Positions 49,013-61,967 of a stretch of 64,000 nt of DNA are shown here, one piece after another (position 1 is the stretch's first letter; every line of letters starts with the position of its first letter). The translations under genes and the position numbers were made by a program. The stretch comes from Leucoraja erinacea (Eukaryota). Location of the stretch: assembly GCF_028641065.1 (NCBI RefSeq), contig NC_073379.1, positions 16,926,001 to 16,990,000 on the forward strand. The letters are read 5' to 3'. The notes under the pieces are model-generated. The model had not been told where the DNA came from. It did not search any database and was given only the letters and a program-made list of their open reading frames with translations.

Positions 49013-50326
49013 GGTGTTCGCCAGCAATCCAACCTCAGTGCCCGATCAGCCGCCCTGCACTCTGATCAGAATAAAAACCTCCCCTTTGAAACTTCCTGGT
49101 GGACACAGTTTCCACTCCGGCATGAACAGGAACAAGGAAATAGAAATCCTGGACTGGATTGAGAATGCTGATCTAACTTCAGTGCAGAGGAACAGCAGGG
49201 AAACTGGCCCCACTCACTGCCCACAAAGTCTACGCCCGTCCGCACCAGTCACTTCAGTTGAGTTTATTGTCACATGTACCGAGGTACAGTGAAAAACTTT
49301 TGTTGAGCGTTAACCAGCCAGCGGAAACACAATGCACCAGCCATAGTTCTATGTTTAAGAAGGAACTGCAAATGCTGAAGAAGGGTCTCGACCCGAAACG
49401 CCACCCATTCTTTCTCTCCAGAAATGCTGCCTGTCCCGCTGAGTTACTCCAGCTTCTAAAACAAATCTATTTTCGGTTTGAACCAGCATCTGCAATTCCT
49501 TTCCCACACATTATTCCAGCTTGGGTTCTAATTGAGTGCCTTACCAATGTTCAGATTCGTGCCAGAGAAGCAGAGAAGTGGTGGCGCAGTGAGCACCAAA
49601 GACCTTGGTTCCATCCTGGCTATGGGTGTTTGTGGAGTTTGTACGTTCTCCCCGTGACAGTCTGAGTAATAGAGTGAAAGAGTGTGGAAACAGGCCCATA
49701 GGCACAACTTGCCCACACCGCCCAACATGTCCAAGCTACACTAGTCCCACCTGTCTGCATTTGGTCCATATCCCTCCAAACCAACCACGCATTCCTATTA
49801 AATCTTTTCCCCTTCACCTTAAACCAATGTCCTCTGGTCCTTGATTCACCTAGGCTGGGCAAGAGATTCTGATAGGATACAGCGTTAGTCTTCTTAGATG
49901 GCACCTTCCAAAGTCATGACTTCCACCTGCTGCAAGGACAATGACAGCAAGAACATGGGAACACCACCAACCAAGCCTCACAACATCCCGACTTGGAAAT
50001 ACATCACAGTTCTTTCATTGTTGCTGGGTCAAAAACCTACAACTCTCTTTCTGAAACAATCATGAGTGTGCCCGCAGTAGCAGTTCAAGAAGGCAGCTCA
50101 CCACCACCCTCTCAATGGCAATTATGGATGGACCATTAAATGCTGGCTCAGTTTACGAACCGTACGTACCTTCAATTAATACATTGACAAAATGGTGAAG
50201 AGTATACTTTAAAATAACATAGCTGACATTGTTACATCAGTAGGTATAACGCTTAATTTCTACATGTTAATTGGTAATTTTGTAATCGATTCACTTAACA
50301 AAAGGAAAAGAGACAGACAACCTCAC

Positions 50327-51032
50327 CTAAAGCTTCACTATAATAGGAGTTCCATTCATCCCACATCTGTTTGCACATCCAGTCGTACATGAAGGTGTAA
50401 AGAACGTTCTGAACTCTCGCAATGAAAGACATCTCATTAGAAAACTCGGAGAGGGTCGCCGGTACATAGGAGGGAGGGGCTGGGATCTGTCCGCAGAGTC
50501 TCTCTATTGCAAATGCTGGGGAGAATCTCAGAGAGAAGATGAAGGGAATTCCCAGCTTCAGAGCCAGGAGATCCCCACAGTTATGCACGGGGTCAGAGAG
50601 CAGAACTTTAAACTTCGAATCTCGCAGTTTTTGCACAAGCCTTTCATTCTTTATCACCCCGTCACAGATGCCTTTAGTAAGTTTGATTCCAGGTTCCATG
50701 GCCGCTGAGAATCTTCTGTATGCTTGCCAGTGGGTTAATTGTGATTTCTCGTAGATAAAGAATTCCATGACTCTATTCATGTAAGCCTGAAATTTGTCAC
50801 TTGTAAACGGCACTTGAAACACTTCAAATTTCACTGGTGAGGGTTCAGAATAGTTGATGTAAACTGCAGCGGAATTCACAGCCACAGTAACACTGTGACC
50901 TCTTGCGATCAGCTCATTGATGATGGGTTTCAAGTTAATCCAGTGACTTCCTTCTGCAGGCCAGATCAATATGTTCTCACTAGTTGCCCACTGGAGAAGG
51001 AGAAATCCCAGAAACAGAAGCCTGATCTTCAT
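50327..51032 (-). CDS. UGT2A: UGT2A-like variable exon 1, type B copy 1 (intact)
   Basis: MKIRLLFLGFLLLQWATSENILIWPAEGSHW...KVLLSDPVHNCG...YYSEALG|gtgagg; 706 nt, phase 1. Confidence 0.93.
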
Positions 51033-51963
51033 GATGTCCGTCAGGAACAGTTCTGAGCCCAGGATTCACTAACCTATTAACTAGCTGACAGGACATTGAG
51101 CCTTTTGAGGCACAAGGTGAACTTCCACAAGCAAATAAAGCGTCAGCAAATTCAAAATACCACACTGCACTCAAATGTCCAAGAATGTATCCAGTGATTT
51201 TCGATTCAGTTGTTTGAGCTGATCCCATCTGCATGCGTTTAACCCATATTCCTTTGAAAAGTTAGATTAGTCCAAAAACATTTCCTAAGGTAGAAATGTC
51301 AAAGACTAGAGGGCATAGCTTTAAGGTGGAAGGGTGAGAGTTAAAAGGACACGTGCGGGGCAAGTTTTGTTTCCACAGAGTGGTGGGTGAGTGGAACATG
51401 CTGCCAGGGGTGATGCTGGAGGCAGATATGATAGTGGTATTGAAGGGGCTTTTCAATAGCCACATGGAAATGCAATGAATGGAGGGGAATAGATCAATAG
51501 GTTTTTTTTTGTCTATTTCCCTGTGACTTGCGTGGGTTTTCTTCGAGTGCTCCGGTTTCCTCCCACATTGCAAAGACGTGTAGGTTTGTCGGCTGTAGAA
51601 CTGCAGGAGTAGCCCAGCAGATCAGGTCTCTGGAAGACATGGATAGGTGACGCTTCGGATCGAGACCCTTCTTCGGACCTACCCATGTTCTCCTGAGATG
51701 CTGCCTGACCTGCTGAGTTTCTCCAGCACTTTACGTCCTTCAGGCTTGAAGATTAATTGGCGTCTACAAGTTGCCTCGAACGTGCAAGGGGTGGAGTGGG
51801 TGAGAAAGTGCGGGGACGGAGAACTAGTGCGAACTGTTGATCGCTGGACGGCGTAGACTCGGTGGGGCGAAGGGCCTGTTTCCACGCTGTATCTCTAAAC
51901 TAAATTAAAAATGAAAAACCAAACGTGTGCTGCCCGCACAGCGGAATGAGCCAAACCACCTAC

Positions 51964-52695
51964 CTGAAGCCTCGCTGTAATAAGCATCCCAATCTCCCCA
52001 GGACCGCAGGAACACCCAGTCGTACATGAAGGAGTAGAGCACATTCTGAGACCTCTCGACGAAGGACATCTTGTCGGACAACTCTGACAGAATGACTGGG
52101 ACATAGGAGGGCGGGGTTGGGGCATCGTCATGTCTGAAGGATAGATGCTTCTGTCCACAGTGTCTCTCCAACGTAAAGCCCGGGAGAACCGCAGGGTGAA
52201 GACGAGGGGAACCCCAAGCTTCAAAGCCAGGAGATCCCCGCACACCTGCACTGGGTCAGAGAGCAGGACCTTGAACTTGGCCTCCCGTAGTCTCTGCACC
52301 AGCTCCTCGTTCTTCAGTATCCCGTCGCACACCTGCATGCCCAGCTCCCTCCCCTTGGCCATCAGCGCCGAAAACACCCTGTACCTGCCCCAAAAGGACA
52401 AGTCCGGTGCCTGGTAAAGGGAGACGTCCAGCCAGTTGTTCAAAAAGGCTTCCGTGGTCTCGTGTGTAAACGGCACTTGGAACACTTCCAACTTCATGGC
52501 CGAGGACTCGGAGTTGTTTACAAACCACTGTGACATCGTGGCCACTGTGACATCGTGGCCCCTCGCCATCAACCCGGCAATTATGTACTTCAAGTTAATC
52601 CAGTGGCTTCCTTCTGTCGGCCAGATCAACACGTTCTCCCCAGCGACCCCGGCCAGGGTGAGATACATCACCAACAGCAGATGCCTGGCATGCAT
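51964..52695 (-). pseudogene. Variable exon 1, type A copy 2 (frameshifted as assembled)
   Basis: Versus A1: 1-bp loss in a G-run at about 52180, net +27-nt insertion at 52121-52149, and an in-frame -3 rearrangement. Donor intact. Confidence 0.75.
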
Positions 52696-54022
52696 GGTGT
52701 TCGCCAGCAATCCAACCTCAGTGCCCGATCAGCCGCCCTGCACTCTGATCAGAATAAAAACCTCCCCTTTGAAACTTCCTGGTGGACACAGTTTCCACTC
52801 CGGCATGAACAGGAACAAGGAAATAGAAATCCTGGACTGGATTGAGAATGCTGATCTAACTTCAGTGCAGAGGAACAGCAGGGAAACTGGCCCCACTCAC
52901 TGCCCACAAAGTCTACGCCCGTCCGCACCAGTCACTTCAGTTGAGTTTATTGTCACATGTACCGAGGTACAGTGAAAAAACTTTTGTTGAGCGTTAACCA
53001 GCCAGCGGAAACACAATGCACCAGCCATAGTTCTATGTTTAAGAAGGAACTGCAAATGCTGAAGAAGGGTCTCGACCCGAAACGCCACCCATTCTTTCTC
53101 TCCAGAAATGCTGCCTGTCCCGCTGAGTTACTCCAGCTTCTAAAACAAATCTATTTTCGGTTTGAACCAGCATCTGCAATTCCTTTCCCACACATTATTC
53201 CAGCTTGAGTTCTAATTGAGTGCCTTACCAATGTTCAGATTCGTGCCAGAGAAGCAGAGAAGTGGTGGCGCAGTGGCGCAACAGTAGAGCACCAAAGACC
53301 TTGGTTCCATCCTGGCTATGGGTGTTTGTGGAGTTTGTACGTTCTCCCCGTGACAGTCTGAGTAATAGAGTGAAAGAGTGTGGAAACAGGCCCATAGGCA
53401 CAACTTGCCCACACCGCCCAACATGTCCAAGCTACACTAGTCCCACCTGTCTGCATTTGGTCCATATCCCTCCAAACCAACCACGCATTCCTATTAAATC
53501 TTTTCCCCTTCACCTTAAACCAATGTCCTCTGGTCCTTGATTCACCTAGGCTGGGCAAGAGATTCTGATAGGATACAGCGTTAGTCTTCTTAGATGGCAC
53601 CTTCCAAAGTCATGACTTCCACCTGCTGCAAGGACAATGACAGCAAGAACATGGGAACACCACCAACCAAGCCTCACAACATCCCGACTTGGAAATACAT
53701 CACAGTTCTTTCATTGTTGCTGGGTCAAAAACCTACAACTCTCTTTCTGAAACAATCATGAGTGTGCCCGCAGTAGCAGTTCAAGAAGGCAGCTCACCAC
53801 CACCCTCTCAATGGCAATTATGGATGGACCATTAAATGCTGGCTCAGTTTAAGAACCGTACATACCTTCAATTAATACATTGACAAAATGGTGAAGAGTA
53901 TACTTTAAAATAACATAGCTGACATTGTTACATCAGTAGGTATAACGCTTAATTTCTACATGTTAATTGGTAATTTTGTAATCGATTCACTTAACAAAAG
54001 GAAAAGAGACAGACAACCTCAC

Positions 54023-54728
54023 CTAAAGCTTCACTATAATAGGAGTTCCATTCATCCCACATCTGTTTGCACATCCAGTCGTACATGAAGGTGTAAAGAA
54101 CGTTCTGAACTCTCGCAATGAAAGACATCTCATTAGAAAACTCGGAGAGGGTCGCCGGTACATAGGAGGGAGGGGCTGGGATCTGTCCGCAGAGTCTCTC
54201 TATTGCAAATGCTGGGGAGAATCTCAGAGAGAAGATGAAGGGAATTCCCAGCTTCAGAGCCAGGAGATCCCCACAGTTATGCACGGGGTCAGAGAGCAGA
54301 ACTTTAAACTTCGAATCTCGCAGTTTTTGCACAAGCCTTTCATTCTTTATCACCCCGTCACAGATGCCTTTAGTAAGTTTGATTCCAGGTTCCATGGCCG
54401 CTGAGAATCTTCTGTATGCTTGCCAGTGGGTTAATTGTGCTTTCTCGTAGATAAAGAATTCCATGACTCTATTCGTGTAAGCCTGAAATTTGTCACTTGT
54501 AAACGGCACTTGAAACACTTCAAATTTCACTGGTGAGGGTTCAGAATAGTTGATGTAAACTGCAGCGGAATTCACAGCCACAGTAACACTGTGACCTCTT
54601 GCGATCAGCTCATTGATGATGGGTTTCAAGTTAATCCAGTGACTTCCTTCTGCAGGCCAGATCAATATGTTCTCACTAGTTGCCCACTGGAGAAGGAGAA
54701 ATCCCAGAAACAGAAGACTGATCTTCAT
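54023..54728 (-). CDS. UGT2A: UGT2A-like variable exon 1, type B copy 2 (intact)
   Basis: 706 nt, phase-1 donor gtgagg. Differs from B1 at 3 residues (R4S, M to T, S to A). Confidence 0.92.
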
Positions 54729-55272
54729 GATGTCCGTCAGGAACAGCTCTGAGCCCAGGATTCACTAACCTATTAACTAGCTGACAGGGCATTGAGCCTT
54801 TTGAGGCACAAGGTGTACTTCCACAAGCAAATAAAGCGTCAGCAAATTCAAAATACCACACTGCACTCAAATGTCCAAGAATGTATCCAGTGATTTTCGA
54901 TTCAGTTGTTTGAGCTGATCCCATCTGCATGCGTTTAACCCATATTCCTTTGAAAAGTTAGATTAGTCCAAAAACATTTCCTAAGGTAGAAATGTCAAAG
55001 ACTAGAGGGCATAGCTTTAAGGTGGAAGGGTGAGAGTTTAAAGGACACGTGCGGGGCAAGTTTTGTTTCCACAGAGTGGTGGGTGAGTGGAACATGCTGC
55101 CAGGGGTGATGCTGGAGGCAGATATGATAGTGGTATTGAAGGGGCTTTTCAATAGCCACATGGAAATGCAATGAATGGAGGGGAATAGATCACTGAAGCA
55201 GATTACTTTAACGCGTCTTCATGTTCAGCTGTGGGCAGAATTCCAGGGGTGTATGAAGGGGGTGAGGGGGTA

Positions 55273-55934
55273 CCGCAGGAACACCCAGTCGTACATGAAG
55301 GAGTAGATGCACATTCTGAGACCTCTCGACGAAGGACATCTTGTCGGACAACTCTGACAGAATGACTGGGACATAGGAGGGCGGGGTTGGCATCTGTCCA
55401 CAGTGTCTCTCCAACGTAAAGCCCGGGAGAACCGCAGGGTGAAGACGAGGGGAACCCCAAGCTTCAAAGCCAGGAGATCCCCGCACACCTGCACTGGGTC
55501 AGAGAGCAGGACCTTGAACTTGGCCTCCCGTAGTCTCTGCACCAGCTCCTCTGCTTCAGTATCCCGTCGCACACCTGCATGCCCAGCTCCCTCCCCTTGG
55601 CCATCAGCGCCGAAAACACCCTGTACCTGCCCCAAAAGGACAAGTCCGGTGCCTGGTAAAGGGAGACGTCCAGCCAGTTGTTCAAAAAGGCTTCCGTGGT
55701 CTCGTGTGTAAACGGCACTTGGAACACTTCACCTTCATGGCCGAGTCTACTCGGAGTTGTTTGGAAACCACTGTGACATCGTGGCCACTGTGACATCGTG
55801 GCCCCTCGCCATCAACCGGCAATTATGTACTTCAAGTTAATCTCTGGCTTCCTTCTGTCGGCCAGATCAACACGTTCTCCCCCAACCCCGGGCAGGGTGA
55901 GATACATCACCAACAGCAGATGCCTGGCATGCAT
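55273..55934 (-). pseudogene. Variable exon 1, type A copy 3 (frameshifts, 3'-truncated, no donor)
   Basis: Homology to A1 stops after WVFLR at about 55273; several indels. Confidence 0.8.
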
Positions 55935-57269
55935 GGTGTTCGCCAGCAATCCAAAAATCAGTGCCCGATCAGCCGCCCTGCACTCTGATCAGAATAAAAA
56001 CCTCCCCTTTGAAACTTCCTGGTGGACACAGTTTCCACTCCGGCATGAACAGGAACAAGGAAATAGAAATCCTGGACTGGATTGAGAATGCTGATCTAAC
56101 TTCAGTGCAGAGGAACAGCAGGGAAACTGGCCCCACTCACTGCCCACAAAGTCTACGCCCGTCCGCACCAGTCACTTCAGTTGAGTTTATTGTCACATGT
56201 ACCGCGGTACAGTGAAAAACTTTTGTTGAGCGTTAACCAGCCAGCGGAAACACAATGCACCAGCCATAGTTCTATGTTTAAGAAGGAACTGCAAATGCTG
56301 AAGAAGGGTCTCGACCCGAAACGCCACCCATTCTTTCTCTCCAGAAATGCTGCCTGTCCCGCTGAGTTACTCCAGCTTCTAAAACAAATCTATTTTCGGT
56401 TTGAACCAGCATCTGCAATTCCTTTCCCACACATTATTCCAGCTTGAGTTCTAATTGAGTGCCTTACCAATGTTCAGATTCGTGCCAGAGAAGCAGAGAA
56501 GTGGCGGCGCAGTGGCGCAACAGTAGAGCACCAAAGACCCAGGTTCCATCCTGGCTATGGGTGTTTGTGGAGTTTGTACGTTCTCACCCGTGACAGTCTG
56601 AGTAATAGAGTGAAAGAGTGTGGAAACAGGCCCATAGACACAACTTGCCCCCACCGCCCAACATGTCCAAGCTACACTAGTCCCACCTGTCTGCATTTGG
56701 TCCATATCCCTCCAAACCAACCACGCATTCCTATTAAATCTCTTTTCCCCTTCACCTTAAACCTATGTCCTCTGGTCCTTGATTCACCTAGGCTGGGCAA
56801 GAGATTCTGATAGGATACAGCGTTAGTCTTCTTAGATGGCACCTTCCAAAGTCATGACTTCCACCTGCTGCAAGGACAATGACAGCAAGAACATGGGAAC
56901 ACCACCAACCAAGCCTCACAACATCCCCGACTTGGAAATACATCACAGTTCTTTCATTGTTGCTGGGTCAAAAACCTACAACTCTCTTTCTGAAAAAATC
57001 ATGAGTGTGCCCGCCCGCAGTAGCAGTTCAAGAAGGCAGCTCACCACCACCCTCTCAATGGCAATTATGGATGGACCATTAAATGCTGGCTCAGTTTACG
57101 AACCGTACGTACCTTCAATTAATACATTGACAAAATGGTGAAGAGTATACTTTAAAATAACATAGCTGACATTGTTACATCAGTAGGTAAAACGCTTAAT
57201 TTCTACATGTTAATTGGAAATTTTGCATTCAAGTCATTTAACAAAAGGAAAGGAAAATGTCAACCTCAC

Positions 57270-57975
57270 CTAAAGCTTCACTATAATAGGAGTCCCAACC
57301 ACGCCATATCCGTTTGCACATCCAGTCGTACATGAATGTGTAAAGAACGTTCTGAACTCTCGCAATGAAAGACATCTCATTAGAAAACTCGGAGAGGGTC
57401 GCCGGTACATAGGAGGGAGGGGCTGGGATCTGTCCGCAGAGTCTCTCCACTGTAAATCCCGGGGAGAATCTCAGAGAGAAGATGAAGGGAATTCCCAGCT
57501 TCAGAGCCAGGAGTTCCCCACAGCGATGCACGGGGTCAGAGAGCACGACTTTAAACTTCGAATCTCGCAGTTTTTGCACAAGTTTTTCATTCTTCATCAC
57601 CCCGTCACAGATGCCTTTGCTAAATTTCTTTCCACGTTCTATCATTGCTGAAAAACTTCTGACTGCTTGCCAGTGGGATACTTCTGGTTTTTCTTAAATC
57701 CAGAATTCCTAAAGGAAATCAATGAAATCTCTGAACCTGTCTGTGGTAGACGGCACTTGAAACACTTCAAAATTCACTGGTGAGGGTTCAGAATTGTCGA
57801 TGTAAAGCGTAGCTGAATTCATAGCCACAGTAACACTGTGACCTCTTGCGATCAGCTCATTGATGATGACTTTCAAGTTAATCCAGTGGCTTCCTTCAGC
57901 AGGCCAGATCAATATGTTCTCACTAGTTGCCCTCTGGAGAAGGAGAAATTCCAGAAACAGAAGCCTGATCGTCAT
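57270..57975 (-). pseudogene. Variable exon 1, type B copy 3 (in-frame stops)
   Basis: 706 nt with intact donor, but TAG at 57709-57711 and TAA at about 57694 (FIDFL*EFWI*EK). Confidence 0.78.
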
Positions 57976-58655
57976 GATGTCCGTCAGGAACAGTTCTGAG
58001 CCCAGGATTCACTAACCTATTAACTAGCCGACAGGACATTGAGCCTTTTGAGGCACAAAGTTCACTTCCACAAGCAATAAAAGTGTCAGCAAATTCAAAA
58101 TCCCGCACTGCACTTAGATTACCAAGAATGGATCCAGGGTTTTCCGATTCAGTTGTTTGAGCTGATCCCATCTGCATGCGTTTCACCCATATTCCTTTTA
58201 AAAATTAGATTAGTCCAAAAACGTTTCCTAAGGTAGAAATGTCAAAGACTAGAGGGCATAGCTTTAAGGTGGAAGGGTGAGAGTTTAAAGGACACGTGCG
58301 GGGCAAGTTTTGTTTCCACAGAGAGTGGTGGGTGCGTGGAACATGCTGCCAGGGGTGATGCTGGAGGCAGATATGATAGTGGTATTGAAGGGGCTTCTCA
58401 ATAGGCACATGGAAATGCAATGAATGGAGGGGAATGGATCATATGAAGCAGATTAGTTTAACTCGCTTCATATTCAGCCATGGGCGGAATTCCCTGGGTG
58501 TATGAGGGGGGGTCACATTCCTCCCATGTTTTGAGAGGTGGGGGACAATCGAACCCCCCCATTTTGTAATCCAATTTTGCTTTTGGGCTGGAGACAGTGG
58601 GGGTGGGCCTGTTAAGTGCTGTTTCTAAACTAAATTGTTGAGCCAAACCACCTAC

Positions 58656-59364
58656 CTGAAGCCTCGCTGTAATAAGCATGACATTGTCCTTCAAGTACCG
58701 CAGGAACACCCAGTCGTACATGAAGGAGTAGAGCACATTCTGAGACCTCTCGACGAAGGACATCTTGTCGGACAACTCTGACAGAATGACTGGGACATAG
58801 GAGGGCGGGGTTGGCATCTGTCCACAGTGTCTCTCCAACGTAAAGCCCGGGGAGAACCGCAGGGTGAAGACGAGGGGAACCCCAAGCTTCAAGCCAAGGA
58901 GATCCCCGCACACCTGCACTGGGTCAGAGAGCAGGACCTTGAACTTGGCCTCCCGTAGTCTCTTTGCTTGCTCCTCGTTCTTCAGTATCCCGTCGCACCT
59001 GCATGCATGCCCAGCTCCCTCCCCTTGGCCATCAGCGGGTAAAACACCCTGTACCTGCCCCAAAAGGACAAGTCCGGGTCCTGGTAAAGGGAGACGTCCA
59101 GCCAGTTGTTCAAAAAGGCTTCCGTGGTCTCGTGTGTAAACGGCACTTGGAACACTTCCAACTTCATGGCCGAGGACTCGGAGTTGTTTACAAACCACTG
59201 TGACATCGTGGCCACTGTGACATCGTGGCCCCTCGCCATCAACCCGGCAATTATGTACTTCAAGTTAATCCAGTGGCTTCCTTCTGTCGGCCAGATCAAC
59301 ACGTTCTCCCCAGCGACCCCGGCAGGGTGAGATACATCACCAACAGCAGATGCCTGGCATGCAT
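58656..59364 (-). pseudogene. Variable exon 1, type A copy 4 (frameshifted; noisy sequence)
   Basis: Split into ORFs 58982-59302 and 58458-59198; donor gtaggt retained; scattered indels. Confidence 0.7.
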
Positions 59365-60765
59365 GGTGTTCGCCAGCAATCCAACCTCAGTGCCCGATCA
59401 GCCGCCCTGCACTCTGATCAGAATAAAAACCCCCCCCTTGAAACTTCCTGGTGGACACAGTTTCCACTCCGGCATGAACAGGTCTAAGGAAATAGAAATC
59501 CTGGACTGGATTGAGAATGCTGATCTAACTTCAGTGCAGAGGATTTACAGGAAACTGGCCCCACTCACAAAATCAAGCCCACAAAGTCTACGCCCCCGTC
59601 CGCACCAGTCCATGTGGTCAGTTTATAGTTTATGGTCACATGTACCGAGGTACAGTGAAAAACTTTTGTTGAGCGTTAACCAGCCAGCAGAAACACAATG
59701 CACCAGCCATAGTTCTATGTTTAAGAAGGAACTGCAAATGCTGAAGAAGGGTCTCGACCCGAAACGCCACCCATTCTTTCTCTCCAGAAATGCTGGGTAG
59801 TGTCCCGCTGAGTTACTCCAGCTTCTAAAACAAATCTATTTTCGGTTTGAACCAGCATCAGCAATGGGCAATCCCACACATTATTCCAGCTTGAGTTCTA
59901 ATTGAGTGCCTTACCAATGTTCAGATTCGTGCCAGAGAAGCAGAGAAATGGCTATCGCAGTGGCGACAACAGTAGAGCACCAAAGACCTTGGTTCCATCC
60001 TGGCTATGGGATGTTTGTGGAACCTGTACGGAATCCCCGTGACACATATGACTACAAGAGTAATAGAGTGAAAGAGTGTGGAAACTTACCCATAGATCCT
60101 CAACTTGCCCACACCCCCAACATCAGGTCAGGAGGGTACACTTTCTCCACCTGTCTGCATTTGGGCAGCCTATCCCTGCAAACCAAGCTCGACGCATTCC
60201 TATTAAATGGCTTTTCCCCTTCACAGGTAAATTCCAACCATCCTCTGGTCCTTGATTCACCTAGGCTGGGCAGTTAGATTCTGATAGGATACAGCGTTAG
60301 TCTTCTTAGATGGCACCTTCCAAAGTCATGACTTCCACCTGCTGCAAGGACAAAGACAGCAAGAACATGGGAACACCACCAACCTGAGAGCTGCCCTCCC
60401 ATCCTCACAACATCCCAACTTGGAAATACATTACCGTTCTTTCATTGTTGCTGGGTCAAAATCCATGAACTTTCTTTCTAAAACCATCATGAGTGTGCCC
60501 ACACCTCAAGGGCTGCAGCAGTTCAAGAAGGCAGCTCACCACCACCTTCTCAAGGGCAACTAAGGATGGGCCATTAAATGCTGGCTCAGTTTACGAACCG
60601 TACGTACCTTCAATGAATACCTTGTCAAAATGGTGAAGAGTATACTTTAAAATAATATAGCTGACATTGTTACGTCAGTAGTTAAAAGGTGTTAATTTCT
60701 ACATGTTAATTGGAAATTTTGCATTCAAGTCATTTAACAAAAGGAAAGGAAAATGTCAACCTCAC

Positions 60766-61471
60766 CTAAAGCTTCACTGTAATAGGAGTCCCATTCACGC
60801 CACATCCGTTTACACATCCAGTCGTACATGAATGTGTAAAGAACGTTCTGAACTCTCTCAGTAAAAGACATCTTATCGGTAAACTCTGAGAGGATCGCCG
60901 GTACATAGGAGGGAGGGGCTGGGATCTGTCCGCAGAGTCTCTCCACTGTAAATCCCGGGGAGAATCTCAGAGAGAAGATGAAGGGAATTCCCAGCTTCAG
61001 AGCCAGGAGCTCCCCACAGCGATGCACGGGGTCAGAGAGCAGAACTTTAAACTTCGAATCTCGCAGTTTTTGCACAAGTTTTTCATTCTTCATCACCCCG
61101 TCACAGATGCCTTTGGTAAATTTCTTTCCATGTTCTATGATTGCTGAAAATTTTCTGTATGCTTGCCAGTGGGATAATTGTGATTTTTCGTAGATCCAGA
61201 ATTCCAAAAGGACATCCATGAAATCTCTGAAACTGTCAGTGGTAAACGGCACTTGAAATACTTCAAAATTCACTGGTGAGGGTTCAGAATAGTCGATGTC
61301 AAGTGTAGCTGAATTCACAGCCACAGTAACACTGTGACCTCTTGCGATCAGCTCATTGATGATGACTTTCAAGTTAATCCAGTGGCTTCCTTCAGCAGGC
61401 CAGATCAATATGTTCTCACTAGTTGCCCTCTGGAGAAGGAGAAATTCCAGAAACAGAAGCCTGATCTTCAT
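60766..61471 (-). CDS. UGT2A: UGT2A-like variable exon 1, type B copy 4 (intact, diverged subtype)
   Basis: MKIRLLFLEFLLLQRATSENILIWPAEGSHW...SDPVHRCGE...YYSEALG|gtgagg; 706 nt, phase 1. Confidence 0.92.
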
Positions 61472-61967
61472 GATGTCCGTCAGGAACAGTTCTGAGCCCA
61501 GGATTCACTAACCTATTAACTAGCCGACAGGACATTGAGCCTTTTGAAGCACAAAGTTCACTTCCACAAGCAAATAAAGTGTTAGCAAATTCAAAAAACC
61601 ACACTGCACTTTAATGTCCAAGAATGTATCCAAGGTTTTCTGATTCATTTGTTTGAGCTGATCCCATCTGCATGCGTTTAACCCATATTCCTTTGAAAAG
61701 TTAGATTAGTCCAAAAACATTTCCTAAGGTAGAAATGTCAAAGACTAGAGGGCATAGCTTTAAGGTGGAAGGGTGAGAGTTTAAAGGACACGTGCGGGGC
61801 AAGTTTTGTTTCCACAGAGTGGTGGGTGAGTGGAACATGCTGCCAGGGGTGATGCTGGAGGCAGATATGATAGTGGTATTGAAGGGGCTTTTCAATAGCC
61901 ACATGGAAATGCAATGAATGGAGGGGAATAGATCACTGAAGCAGATTACTTTAACGCGTCTTCATGT

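Noticed and set aside
48750-49292. Plus-strand ORFs of about 180 aa repeated in each unit (MFKKASVVSC...)
   Set aside because: They are antisense shadows of the UGT type-A exons, repeated only because the unit is duplicated; no independent protein features.
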